Source: Candidatus Sulfomarinibacteraceae bacterium
GTDB taxonomy: Bacteria > Acidobacteriota > Thermoanaerobaculia > Thermoanaerobaculales > Sulfomarinibacteraceae
Assembly: GCA_963796455.1 (NCBI GenBank)
Contig: CAWCLO010000003.1
Span: 256,001-320,000, forward strand
Length of the DNA: 64,000 nucleotides
Direction of reading: 5' to 3'
Part shown: positions 39,439 through 49,450 of the stretch, one piece after another
Position numbering within the stretch: position 1 is the stretch's first letter
How the letters are laid out: the number at the start of each line of letters is the position of its first letter
The notes under the pieces: model-generated
Seen by the model: only the letters and a program-made list of their open reading frames with translations
What the model was told of the DNA's origin: nothing
The model's database searches: none
Position numbers and translations under genes: made by a program

Positions 39439-41238
39439 TCAGAAGGGCCACACCCGGGGCGCCAGAAACACCGCCGCCAGAAGCACGAGCAGGCTCAGGG
39501 GCAGTCCGACCCGTCCGAAATCGGTGAAACGATAACCGCCGGGGCCATAGACCATGAGATTTGTCTGATACCCGACCGGAGTCAGAAAACTGGCGGATGC
39601 GATCAGCGCCACCACCATCACGAAGGGACGCGGATCGACCCCGAGACTCCCTGCGGTCGCCACCGCGAGGGGAAACATGAGGGCCGCGGCAGCGGTATTG
39701 GTGACGACCTCGGTGAAGAGCATCGTCAGCAGCGCCATACCGGCCAGCACCGCATAGGGGCCCCATGGACCGAGACCGGTGACGACAGTATCGGCGATGG
39801 CGTGAACCGCGCCCGAGTTCAGGAGCGCTTGCCCGAGGGCGATGGCGCCCGCAATCGCAAAAAGAGTCTGGAGCTCCAGGGACTGACGGGCACTGGGCAC
39901 CGAAATGCAGCGGCCGGCGATCATGGCCCCGGCAATCAAAAACGCAGCCAGGACCGTGGGCAGGATCTGGCTCGTCAACAGCGCCACCAACACACCGAGA
40001 AGCACCAGCGACAGGGCCGCCCGGTCATGACGTGGAGGCCGAGAATCCATCACCCCACTGACCAGAAAGAAATCCCGGTTGTTGCGGTGGGCGTCGGCAA
40101 AATGGGGACCGGTCTGCAACAACAGGGTATCACCCGAGTGGAGCACGATATCTCCAAGACGGCCCATGAGACGGGACCCGCCGCGATGAACCGCGACCAC
40201 CGCCGCGTTGTAGTGGGCGCGAAAATTCGATTCGCTGAGGCTCTGGCCAATCAACGGCGAGGTCGGCGAAACCACCGCTTCGGAGAGCATCTTTTCCCGC
40301 TGTTCGGAAAGCTCGTGCTCGTAGCCCGGATCCGCCACCGGCTTCAAACCCGGGATTTTTTCGAGATCGACGATGGAGTTGAGGACCCCGGTAAAGGTCA
40401 GCACATCTCCGGTTTCGATCACATGATCGGGCTGAACGGGTGCGATGAGCTCACCATCGCGGACGATCTCCACCAAAAAGAGCCCGTGCAGATGGCGCAG
40501 ACCCGCCTCTTCGACGTGCTGCCCCACCAGACGGCAGGTCGGGGTCACTTCCATCTCTACCAGGTATTCACGCGGCGAAGCACCGATCTCCTCGAGCATG
40601 TCGGTTCGTTCGGGCAGGATTCGGCCCGAGAACACGACGAGGTAGACGACGCCGATGATGGCGCAGGGGATGCCCACTGCACCGATTTCGAACAGACCCA
40701 TCGGGCGCAGCGAGTCGGCAAGACCGGGGTCTGAGGCAACCCTGTTGGCCATCATGCCCTGGACAACCAGATTGGTGCTGGTGCCGATCAACGTCGCCAT
40801 GCCGCCGAGGATCGACATGAACGAAAGCGGAATCAGCAGGCGGGATGGAGAGATTCGGTTTTTGGCACACCATCGCGTGAGCATCGGGATGAACATCGCC
40901 ACGACCGGGGTGTTGTTGAGAAAGGCCGAGAGACCCGGTACCGCGAGACCCATCCGCAACAAAACACCCTTGCGGCTGCGGACTTTGCCGAGGAGTCTCC
41001 GACCGACCATGTCGAGGGCGCCTGTTTCGCTCACCCCGGCGGCCACGATATAGAGGGCGGCGATGGTCAGCATGCCCGGATTGACAAACCCCAGGAACAT
41101 TTCCTGGATCGAGAGAATCCCGGCCAGACTGCAGGCCAGCACCGCGCCCCACAGCAGGGCATCGGCGGGAAGATTACGAGCGAGGCCGATGACCGCGGCA
41201 ACGGTCACGGCGATGGCAAACCACGCGGTCCAGGTCAT
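39439..41238 (-). CDS. SLC13/DASS family permease with TrkA-C domains
   Basis: SAFLNNTPVV, TLIGTSTNL and TPVGYQTNLMVYGPGGY motifs. Confidence 0.93.
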   Translation of the reverse strand: MTWTAWFAIAVTVAAVIGLARNLPADALLWGAVLACSLAGILSIQEMFLGFVNPGMLTIAALYIVAAGVSETGALDMVGRRLLGKVRSRKGVLLRMGLAVPGLSAFLNNTPVVAMFIPMLTRWCAKNRISPSRLLIPLSFMSILGGMATLIGTSTNLVVQGMMANRVASDPGLADSLRPMGLFEIGAVGIPCAIIGVVYLVVFSGRILPERTDMLEEIGASPREYLVEMEVTPTCRLVGQHVEEAGLRHLHGLFLVEIVRDGELIAPVQPDHVIETGDVLTFTGVLNSIVDLEKIPGLKPVADPGYEHELSEQREKMLSEAVVSPTSPLIGQSLSESNFRAHYNAAVVAVHRGGSRLMGRLGDIVLHSGDTLLLQTGPHFADAHRNNRDFFLVSGVMDSRPPRHDRAALSLVLLGVLVALLTSQILPTVLAAFLIAGAMIAGRCISVPSARQSLELQTLFAIAGAIALGQALLNSGAVHAIADTVVTGLGPWGPYAVLAGMALLTMLFTEVVTNTAAAALMFPLAVATAGSLGVDPRPFVMVVALIASASFLTPVGYQTNLMVYGPGGYRFTDFGRVGLPLSLLVLLAAVFLAPRVWPF

Positions 41239-41239
41239 C

Positions 41240-44200
41240 TCAGTCCTCTCCCCGCCCCTCGCCGGCAGAGCTCACAATCACCCGGTCGATCACCCCCGCT
41301 CCGTCGATTGGACCGTGAAGTGTGATCCACAAGCGATGGTGTCCCGCCTCGCGAGGAGTCGGCACGGGCAGCCGCCCGTCCTGGGAATCCCCCACCACAT
41401 CGATCATCACTGCATCTCCTTCGTTCCAGCGGATCCCCAAAGCTGCACCCTCCTGGGCCGCGCCTTCGAGCCATCCCTCCACGGCGACACTGGAATTATC
41501 GCGAAGATGCAGGGGCACTGAAATACCGTCGCCGTCGCCGAGTCTCCGCCCCCCGCGGTGAAGAAACCGCGAAAACGTCCCGGCGGGCGGGACCGACGCG
41601 CCGCCTATTCTCCGGACCTGGGGTGCCTCGGCCTCCACGACCCAATCGTAACGAAGACCGACCGTCAATGCCAGAACGGCTGCCGCCGTCAGCCACAGGC
41701 CAATCCCGGCGCGGCGCAGGACCAGACCGGCGAAGGGCTTCCGGTAGACGAGCCAGACGGCAGCCAGAATCAACACCAGCAAAACGAGCGGCACCACGAT
41801 CGTTGCTGTATTCGGCAGCAAGAATGACGGGAAGAGACTGCGGGCATCCGCTCCGAAGCGGCGGGCCAGGGTATCCGCGAGCCAATAGCCGCCATCTCCG
41901 GGATTGGCGGAGAGGTGGGGACGGGTGACAAGGACCCACCAGGCGATGACCGACGGCGGCAACAGCAGCTCGGCGAGACGTCGGAAACGATATGTCCCGG
42001 CGAGGATCATTCCTCCGCTCAGCGCGAAAGCCGGGATCATCGGGATCAGATAGCGAGCGGGAGGCGAACCGCCCCCGTACCATTCGATGGAGTGCAGTAA
42101 TGCCGCGACGGTCAGACCGCTGCCGAGGATCAATGCGCGCTCGCCCGGCCCACCACGACGCCACAAAGCCACCAGCCCCGCCAGGGCCGCGAGCACCAGA
42201 GGCCCAGTAAACGCGAGCCCACCGGCCGGATCAAAGGCAAGCCCACCGAGGACCCGCGCGACGAGTCCGGGATCTTCGGGCACCAGGTGATAGAGCCGGC
42301 GATGGGCGCCGAAAGGGTGGCCCATGGTCAGCCAGCCAGCGGTCAAGCCCGCCGCCGCGGCCAGACTCAACAACACCAACCCGCGCACGAACACGCCGCG
42401 TCCTTTGCCGATCCATGCGGCAGCCGCCACCGGGAAGGCCACCAGGGCGAGCCGGGTCTTGACCGCGGTGGCCATGACGGCGATCACGAGACTCGCAATC
42501 CGCCCTCCACGTGGTCGTGCCGCGAGAACGAGAATCGCCGCCACCGCCAGCGCCCCAACCAAACCCGGCCAGATCTGTGTCGAGAAGGTGGCCACCGGAT
42601 ATGTCATGACCATCAGCAACACCAGGATGCATACCCGGCTGTGACCCACCGAGAGCTCGCGCGCCCTGCGGGCCAGCAGGGAAACCAGCCAGGCGCCGGC
42701 CAGCGCCATCAGGACCAGCGCTCCGGCACGACCGGCCACGATGTATCCGGGGAGCAGCAACAACGCCAGGAAGGGCGAGTGCACCACCGGTTTGCCAGCG
42801 TCATAAACGGCATCCTGAGGACGTTTCCCGAGATCGATATTGTTCCCGAGTTCGAGATCGCGATCAGCTGCCATGGATTCGGCGGCGATCAGATGATAGG
42901 GCTCATCGCCCCACGAGGGCATCAGATGCGGTGTCGCCAGGGCCAGAGGGATCAGCAGAAAAGCGGCGAGGGTGAAGAACCTGCCCCTGTCGAGCCAGGT
43001 TCGAAGGGCTGCCAACCAGGCCAGTCCAACGGCCAATAGCGCCAGATCCACCGCAGCACGCTCCCCCACGACACGGAGAGGTTCCACCCACGCCCGCGCC
43101 GCCATCGAAGCCAGGACGAGGATCATCCACGGCAGGACGGCGATGGACCGTTTCCTTGCGGAAGAAAGGAGCTGGATCGCCGCAACTGCCAAGGCCGCCG
43201 CGAATATCCACTGCGGAAGCAACCATGAGCGGCGCGGCGGCGGTCGCCCGGGGCCGGCGGTCTCGACCCGGACCACCACCTCGTCGCTGAGATCCGGATG
43301 CCGGACCACTACCGGCCGCTCTCCCACCGGCACCTCGAGCCGGTGCCGCGCTGCCGAGCGCCACAGCGTATTTCGACCAAAGCGCTCCGGCCGCCAGACC
43401 AACGCTTCGGTGCCGGGCTCGTGTCTCTCGCCCGCGCTCCCCAAATCAGCCCATCGAAGCGTCTCCCAACCGGCAGCAAGGGGATGCTCTTCGCCGCCAA
43501 TCCTGACCACCGCCACTGCGCCGTCCACCGGGCCTCCGGTGCCACGCAGGCCGACATCGATCATGTAGGCCCAAGCCTCCCCCGCCGGGAGAACCTTCTC
43601 GGGAGCATCCACGGTCAACGAGAAGGCCGGTCTGTTGGGCGGCGTCTCCACAACCGGGCCCAGCACGAAGGTCGTCGCGAACCACAGAATCCCAGCCACC
43701 ATCGGCCCCACCCGCGGCGCGGCCACCAACACGGCCAGGAAAACCAATGGCGCAAGGGGCAGGAGCTCTGGGTAGATCATCCCGACCCGAGCGCCCGCCC
43801 AAGCCGAAATCGAGGCACCGAGGAGCGCGGCCGCGCCAAGCCCCGGCAGCCAGCGGGAAACCTGGCGGTCGAGCGCCCTGCCCCTCCCGAAAATCCCGAG
43901 GACGAAGAAAAACACCAGAGCGATACCGCAGGCCAGGGGCCATCGTTGCCAGGGGAGGGAAGCCATAGTGACGGCGGTGAGTTCCGCCGCGCGCAGGCCG
44001 TAACGACGGGATACCGCCCACGGGCCCAATGCAGCTAGAGCCAGGGTCAGAGCCACCGGCAGGGCTCCAAAGCCGCTCAGCCCGAGACCCACAGCGGCCC
44101 GCGCCGCGAGACCGAAGAATGCCGCCAAGAGACCGCGGCGCTCCGCTGGTGTGCGATCCCATGCGGCGGAAATCGCGACCCAACCGGCGAGCAACAACAG

Positions 44201-44449
44201 CGGAGCCACCAAACTCCGCCGCATGGCGGTCCCGGCGACGACGGTCAATACAAATGCCGCCGGCAGCAACATGGCCTCGGCCAGCCGTCGGCGTGCACCA
44301 TGGCCGGCCCACCACCCGGTGGGGACAAAGACGAGGGCCACCGCAAGTGACGCCCAGACAGCCTCGTTTGAAGACACCACTTCAAGCCGCGCCAAAACCG
44401 CGGCAAGAAAAACAAACGCAGCCGACGAGGCGCAGGCTAGCAGGCGCAT
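41240..44449 (-). CDS. Large polytopic membrane protein with a GT-C-like C-terminal half
   Basis: More than 20 hydrophobic segments; GDEPYH...SMAADRDLEL.NN and W.GG.SPPARYLIP motifs. Confidence 0.65.
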   Translation of the reverse strand: MRLLACASSAAFVFLAAVLARLEVVSSNEAVWASLAVALVFVPTGWWAGHGARRRLAEAMLLPAAFVLTVVAGTAMRRSLVAPLLLLAGWVAISAAWDRTPAERRGLLAAFFGLAARAAVGLGLSGFGALPVALTLALAALGPWAVSRRYGLRAAELTAVTMASLPWQRWPLACGIALVFFFVLGIFGRGRALDRQVSRWLPGLGAAALLGASISAWAGARVGMIYPELLPLAPLVFLAVLVAAPRVGPMVAGILWFATTFVLGPVVETPPNRPAFSLTVDAPEKVLPAGEAWAYMIDVGLRGTGGPVDGAVAVVRIGGEEHPLAAGWETLRWADLGSAGERHEPGTEALVWRPERFGRNTLWRSAARHRLEVPVGERPVVVRHPDLSDEVVVRVETAGPGRPPPRRSWLLPQWIFAAALAVAAIQLLSSARKRSIAVLPWMILVLASMAARAWVEPLRVVGERAAVDLALLAVGLAWLAALRTWLDRGRFFTLAAFLLIPLALATPHLMPSWGDEPYHLIAAESMAADRDLELGNNIDLGKRPQDAVYDAGKPVVHSPFLALLLLPGYIVAGRAGALVLMALAGAWLVSLLARRARELSVGHSRVCILVLLMVMTYPVATFSTQIWPGLVGALAVAAILVLAARPRGGRIASLVIAVMATAVKTRLALVAFPVAAAAWIGKGRGVFVRGLVLLSLAAAAGLTAGWLTMGHPFGAHRRLYHLVPEDPGLVARVLGGLAFDPAGGLAFTGPLVLAALAGLVALWRRGGPGERALILGSGLTVAALLHSIEWYGGGSPPARYLIPMIPAFALSGGMILAGTYRFRRLAELLLPPSVIAWWVLVTRPHLSANPGDGGYWLADTLARRFGADARSLFPSFLLPNTATIVVPLVLLVLILAAVWLVYRKPFAGLVLRRAGIGLWLTAAAVLALTVGLRYDWVVEAEAPQVRRIGGASVPPAGTFSRFLHRGGRRLGDGDGISVPLHLRDNSSVAVEGWLEGAAQEGAALGIRWNEGDAVMIDVVGDSQDGRLPVPTPREAGHHRLWITLHGPIDGAGVIDRVIVSSAGEGRGED

Positions 44450-44559
44450 GGGGCGACTCGACCGGATTCAGAGGGACCGTGTGGCATCCTGCAAAGTATA
44501 GAGGGATCGGGTTGCTCCCGCCCAACCGGACACCGGATCCACCTACCACCGCGAGAGAA

Positions 44560-44847
44560 TTTCGGATTTCGAATTTCGAAATTGGGATTTCGGAATTCGG
44601 ATTTCGGACTATTGGCACGTCAGCCATTTGCGGAGGGTCGCGGGAGAAAAGGGGTTCGGTTCAGACCTTACAAGTCCTCAAATGGCAGAAAGGTGGAGGG
44701 GAAGGCGAAAGTGGGTTGCCATCCATTCACGTTCCGGATCGTCCTCACATCTATTGCGATAGCGATTTCTGAAGTGGCTTTCGCGGAAATCCGAAATCCG
44801 AAATCCGAAATCCGAAATCGACCTCCCTTTCTCCCTTTCTCCCTTTC
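44560..44847. repeat. Inverted pair of heptamer repeats (TTTCGGA)n / (TCCGAAA)n plus (TTTCTCCC)n
   Basis: 44560-44608 versus 44787-44818, enclosing about 180 nt of apparently non-coding sequence. Confidence 0.85.
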
Positions 44848-44921
44848 AAAAACCGAGGTGGCCGCCACCATTTTTTGTCGCGGAGTACCGGCCGGGCCTC
44901 AGGTTGTGACAAGATGACGCC

Positions 44922-45947
44922 GTGGTTGAGGCTGAAAAATACGCGGTGGTGGTGATTTCCTACAATCACGCCGAGACCCTTCCCGCCTGTTTCGAGGCGG
45001 TTTCGCGGCTCGATCCACCACCGGAACAACTGGTGGTCGTCGACAACGCGTCGGCTGACGATTCGGCCGCGATCGTTACTGGCTTCGAAGCCCCGTTCCC
45101 GATCGCCCTGATCCGGGAAGACCGCAATACCGGGTTTGCGGCCGCCGCCAATCGTGGCATCCGCTCCACCCGCACTCCCTGGGTTCTGCTGCTCAACCCC
45201 GACTGCGCACCACGCGTCGATTTCGTATTGATGATGATGAAGGCGGCCGCCGCACAGACCGACTTCGAACGCATCGGGTCTGTAACACCCAAGTTGGTGC
45301 GGAGCGAGGGGCTCTCCCTCGAACCGACTTCCGTGATCGATGCGGCGGGGATGATCGTGACCCCTTCAGGCCGCCACCTCGATCGCGGCAGCGGAGAGGC
45401 GGACCAGGGAGCCTACGACCGCGAAGCATGGGTTTTTGGCGGAACCGGCGCCGCTGCCCTCTACCGGCGCCAGGCACTCGAAGACGTTGCCTATGAAGGA
45501 AACGAGTTTTTTGCCGAATCCTTCTTTGCATATCGCGAGGATGCGGAATTGGCATGGCGTCTGCAGACGAGAGGGTGGAGATGTCTCTACGCACCCGGCG
45601 CGGTTGCCGCCCATCGCCGCGGCTTTCGTCCGGAACAGGGCCGCGGAGGCCACGACGCCATCAACCAATGGTCGGTTCGCAACCGATTTCTGCTTCGCTG
45701 GCATTGCGCGGATCTCGGCTGGCACCTGCGGTGTCTGCCCTCGTGGCTGGTCCGGGACCTGCTCGTCATCGGTGCCTGTCTTTCCATCGAACGCGGCTCG
45801 CTACCCGGCCTTGCGCAGGCGTGGGCTCTGCGAAAGGATGCTGCCGGCCGCCGCCGTTGGGTGCTCAGCCGCCAAACAGAGTCATCAAAACGGATCGCCC
45901 GTTGGTTTCGTACACGGGGAAGGGTGGAGGAGGTTTCTACAGGGTGA
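44922..45947 (+). CDS. Glycosyltransferase family 2
   Basis: VVDNASAD, NTGFAAAAN, LNPD and FFAYREDAELAWR motifs. Confidence 0.92.
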   Translation: MVEAEKYAVVVISYNHAETLPACFEAVSRLDPPPEQLVVVDNASADDSAAIVTGFEAPFPIALIREDRNTGFAAAANRGIRSTRTPWVLLLNPDCAPRVDFVLMMMKAAAAQTDFERIGSVTPKLVRSEGLSLEPTSVIDAAGMIVTPSGRHLDRGSGEADQGAYDREAWVFGGTGAAALYRRQALEDVAYEGNEFFAESFFAYREDAELAWRLQTRGWRCLYAPGAVAAHRRGFRPEQGRGGHDAINQWSVRNRFLLRWHCADLGWHLRCLPSWLVRDLLVIGACLSIERGSLPGLAQAWALRKDAAGRRRWVLSRQTESSKRIARWFRTRGRVEEVSTG

Positions 45948-47035
45948 AGATCGCGATCATCGGCACCCGGGGCATTCCAGCGAATTACGGCGGATTCGAG
46001 ACCTTTGCCGAGGAGCTGGGGGCGCGTCTGGCAGACCGTGGGCACGAGGTCACGGTCTACGGCCGGCGCGGATTCATCGACCCCAAATTGCGCCGCTACC
46101 GGGGCATGCGTCTGGTCGTGCTGCCCTCCTTCCGCAGTAAACATCTCGAAACCGTTTCGAACACATTCATCGCTTCGCTGCACGCGTCACGACAGGATTT
46201 CGATGTGGCGTTGATGTGCAATGCAGCCAATGCGCCCTTCGTTCGGATCCTGCAACTGGCCGGGATCCCTGTCGCGCTCAACGTCGACGGCCTCGAGCGA
46301 AAAAGGCGCAAATGGGGCATCGCCGGCCGCACCTACTACCGTCTCTGCGAGCGCCTCGCGGCCCGGTTCCCGAACGCTCTGGTGACTGACGCCGAAGTGA
46401 TCCGCCGTTACTACCGCCGCGCCTATGGGGTACCGTCGGAAATGATCGTCTACGGCGGCGACCTCGAGCCTCCCGAGTCCGAGGACACCCTGAAGGCTCT
46501 CGGGCTCGAACCAAATGAGTACCTGCTCTATGTCTCGAGATTCGAGCCCGAAAACAACCCTGATCGAGTCGTTGCGGCTTACAACACAGTCGAAGGCGTC
46601 CGCAAGCTGGCCATGGTCGGTGGCGCACCCTATGCCGACGCGCTCACCCGAAAGGTCCACGACATCGCGGATGAGCGGGTGCTCCTGCCCGGACCTGTCT
46701 ACGGCGAGGGATATCGCCAACTGCTCTTCAACTGCCGCCTCTACATCCACGCCACCGAGGTCGGCGGCACCCACCCGGCCCTTGTCGAGGCGATGGGTTC
46801 CGGGCGACCGGTGCTGTACTATGACACGCCGGAAAATCGTGAGGTCGCAGGCGATGCCGGTGTTCGTTTTCGCTTTGAAGGAGATCGGGAGCTCGCTTCG
46901 CTGCTCTCCGAAATCCTCGATGACGACGCCCGCCTCGAGGAGATGTCGAAGCGGTCCCGGCAACGTGCCGAGGAGCGCTACCGCTGGAGCGATGTGGCGG
47001 ACGCCTACGAACGGGTACTGGGGGATCTGTGCTGA
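45944..47035 (+). CDS. Glycosyltransferase family 4 with DUF1972-like N-terminus (rhamnosyltransferase-like)
   Basis: IIGTRGIPANYGGFETF, RFEPENN and EVGGTHPALVEAM motifs; GTGA overlap. Confidence 0.92.
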   Translation: MKIAIIGTRGIPANYGGFETFAEELGARLADRGHEVTVYGRRGFIDPKLRRYRGMRLVVLPSFRSKHLETVSNTFIASLHASRQDFDVALMCNAANAPFVRILQLAGIPVALNVDGLERKRRKWGIAGRTYYRLCERLAARFPNALVTDAEVIRRYYRRAYGVPSEMIVYGGDLEPPESEDTLKALGLEPNEYLLYVSRFEPENNPDRVVAAYNTVEGVRKLAMVGGAPYADALTRKVHDIADERVLLPGPVYGEGYRQLLFNCRLYIHATEVGGTHPALVEAMGSGRPVLYYDTPENREVAGDAGVRFRFEGDRELASLLSEILDDDARLEEMSKRSRQRAEERYRWSDVADAYERVLGDLC

Positions 47036-48459
47036 AGGAGCGAGCCAAGGTCGTTGCCTATTGGGTGTGGACCACCGACCTGGTCCTCACCTCGCTGGCC
47101 TTCCTCCTCGCCTGGTGGTTGCGATCACACCTCGGCCACACCTTGGCGCCCTCGATCTTTCCGACCGAGCTCTATCCCCTCTCCCGCTATCTCGGTCTGC
47201 TGCCGCTCGTGCTGGCCATTTGGACCGTCCTGCTGGTGACACGGGAGACCTACACCTCGCGCCGCACCGTCGCATTGTCGTCGGAGCTCTGGCAGGTCGT
47301 CCAGGTCGTGGGTGCCGGCACCCTGACCCTTGCGGCTGCGGGATGGCTCCTCCGGCTGGATTTCGTATCGCGGCCGTTTTTGGCCCTTTTTGCCTCCTTG
47401 AACCTCATCTTCCTGGTGGCCGAGAAGCTGGTTTTGCGTCTGCTGGCCCGCCGGATCCGCAAACGCGGGTACAACTACCGATCGCTGCTGATCGTCGGGA
47501 TCAACCCGCGCTCCGAAGAAGTTGCTCAGATCGTCATGGCCCACCCCCATTGGGGTCTGAAGGTGATCGGTTTTGTCGCGCCTAACGGCGGCCACGAAGA
47601 TGACGTGTCAGGGCTACCGGTGCTCGGACGAGCCGACGATCTGCCACAGATATTGCAGGAAAAGGTCGTCGACGAGGTGATCTTCGTGCTGTCGCGGCGA
47701 CAGCTCGAGGAGTTCGAAGAGAGCTTTCTGGTCTGCTCCGAACTCGGTATCCGCGCCCGCGTCGCTCTCTATTTCCCGCACATGAAGGCGCGGGTTGTCC
47801 TGGAAGATCTGGAGGGGATTCCTCTCCTGACCTTCACCAATACACCCGGAGCACCGTTTCCTATGTTCGTCAAACGACTCATGGACATTGGGGCCTCCAC
47901 CGTGGGCATCGCACTGCTGGCTCCGGTGATCCCTCTGATCGCCGTCGCCATCAAGCTGAGTTCGCGCGGTCCGGTGATCTTCAAGCAGGAACGATGCGGA
48001 CTCAACGGCCGTCGATTCAACCTCCGCAAGTTTCGAACCATGTACGAAGGCTCGGATCAGAAGATGGACGAGGTCGCGCACCTCAACGAGGTGGAGGGGC
48101 CCGCGTTCAAAGCCCGCAATGACCCGCGGGTCACACCGGTCGGTAGAGTCCTCCGCAGGCTCTCTCTGGATGAAGTTCCACAGCTCTACAACGTCCTCAA
48201 GGGGGACATGTCATTGGTCGGCCCGCGCCCACCCTTGCCCGAAGAGGTGGCTCACTACGAACGCTGGCAGCGCCGACGCCTATCCATGAAGCCCGGTCTG
48301 ACGGGGCTCTGGCAGGTGTCCGGCAGATCCGATCTGGGTGATTTCAACAGCTGGATCGCCCTCGACCTCACCTACATCGACCAGTGGTCACTGTGGCGGG
48401 ACATCAAGATCCTGCTCAAGACGGTCCCCGCCGTTTTGTCGACTCGCGGCGCCTCCTGA
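47029..48459 (+). CDS. Exopolysaccharide biosynthesis polyprenyl glycosylphosphotransferase
   Basis: KRLMD, KFRTM, NDPRVT, DEVPQL, MSLVGPRP and PGLTGLWQVSGR motifs. Confidence 0.93.
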   Translation: MLKERAKVVAYWVWTTDLVLTSLAFLLAWWLRSHLGHTLAPSIFPTELYPLSRYLGLLPLVLAIWTVLLVTRETYTSRRTVALSSELWQVVQVVGAGTLTLAAAGWLLRLDFVSRPFLALFASLNLIFLVAEKLVLRLLARRIRKRGYNYRSLLIVGINPRSEEVAQIVMAHPHWGLKVIGFVAPNGGHEDDVSGLPVLGRADDLPQILQEKVVDEVIFVLSRRQLEEFEESFLVCSELGIRARVALYFPHMKARVVLEDLEGIPLLTFTNTPGAPFPMFVKRLMDIGASTVGIALLAPVIPLIAVAIKLSSRGPVIFKQERCGLNGRRFNLRKFRTMYEGSDQKMDEVAHLNEVEGPAFKARNDPRVTPVGRVLRRLSLDEVPQLYNVLKGDMSLVGPRPPLPEEVAHYERWQRRRLSMKPGLTGLWQVSGRSDLGDFNSWIALDLTYIDQWSLWRDIKILLKTVPAVLSTRGAS

Positions 48460-48503
48460 GCTTCCTTTCGCGGAGGCTGTGGTTGTCGGCTGGGGGCTGG
48501 ATT

Positions 48504-49307
48504 TCAGTCTTGCTCGAGTGCGTCGAGGGTCGGCGGGCTCAGAAACAGACGCGGCTCCCAAGGGCCATAAACGGTGGGGCTGATCTTCGTCACCCTGGTC
48601 GCGCCGCTCTCCCTGCCTTCGTAATTGATCCCGACCGCAAGAATCTGTGACGGGACTTTGGCGCCGTTGATCTCGTCGTATTTCAGATAGCGATACCGAA
48701 TGCCCACGGGTTGGACGTCGCGGAGATCAGCCGGTGGGATGAAGTCGACCCCGAGGATCGAATAGTCTTCCTTGTCCACCACCACCCGCCAGGTCGTGGT
48801 CAGCACCGGTGAGACAAAAAAGCCCTTGGCAAAGGGTGTCATAAGCGCCCAGGCCTCACGGCCGTCCCACTGGGTTTCCCGGACCTCTTTGACCCACACA
48901 CCATCCATCTTCAGGCTATAGGGCAGGAGCAGGGTGTAGAGCTGCTGGTTGATCGTCCCCTTGGCCATGTAGGAGGTCTGGGGGCGCTCGTCATATTTGC
49001 CCTTGTCGGTGGCCCACCCCTCGTCTCCGCGCCGCGCGATGACGATGTCCCCGGGCAACTCCATTCGAAGATTGCTCAGTTCGGCGGTGTCTACATAGGC
49101 CGAATACTGGCGATTGAAAGATGTCCCGTCATTTCTTATTTCTTCCGCGGTGACATCCAGTTTGAGGACACCGAGTGTCGCGAAGGCATCCCCGCCGACG
49201 GCGGCGATGACACGATCGATGATGACCGAAGCTTCAGGAGTTTCGGCGCTAGCCATCGGAACAGCGGCGATCGCAACGAGCAGACACAAGGTAACGACGC
49301 GAAACAT
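48504..49307 (-). CDS. Hypothetical secreted protein (possible LolA-like fold)
   Basis: Signal peptide MFRVVTLCLLVAIAAVPMASA; VIAAVGG; GGGAG RBS; the fold is a guess. Confidence 0.7.
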   Translation of the reverse strand: MFRVVTLCLLVAIAAVPMASAETPEASVIIDRVIAAVGGDAFATLGVLKLDVTAEEIRNDGTSFNRQYSAYVDTAELSNLRMELPGDIVIARRGDEGWATDKGKYDERPQTSYMAKGTINQQLYTLLLPYSLKMDGVWVKEVRETQWDGREAWALMTPFAKGFFVSPVLTTTWRVVVDKEDYSILGVDFIPPADLRDVQPVGIRYRYLKYDEINGAKVPSQILAVGINYEGRESGATRVTKISPTVYGPWEPRLFLSPPTLDALEQD

Positions 49308-49401
49308 ATCTCTTTCTCCCTGGGTTGAATGCCATTTTGGCGGCATATTCGACCGCCGGGCATTATAAAGCAACTGCCGTGCCAACGGTTTCGATGAGTT
49401 C

Positions 49402-49430
49402 AAAAAAGGGGCGGCCGAGCCGCCCCTTTT
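49402..49430 (-). terminator. Rho-independent terminator
   Basis: AAAAAAGGGGCGGC-CGA-GCCGCCCCTTTT. Confidence 0.85.
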
Positions 49431-49450
49431 CAATTATTTTACTTCGGAAA

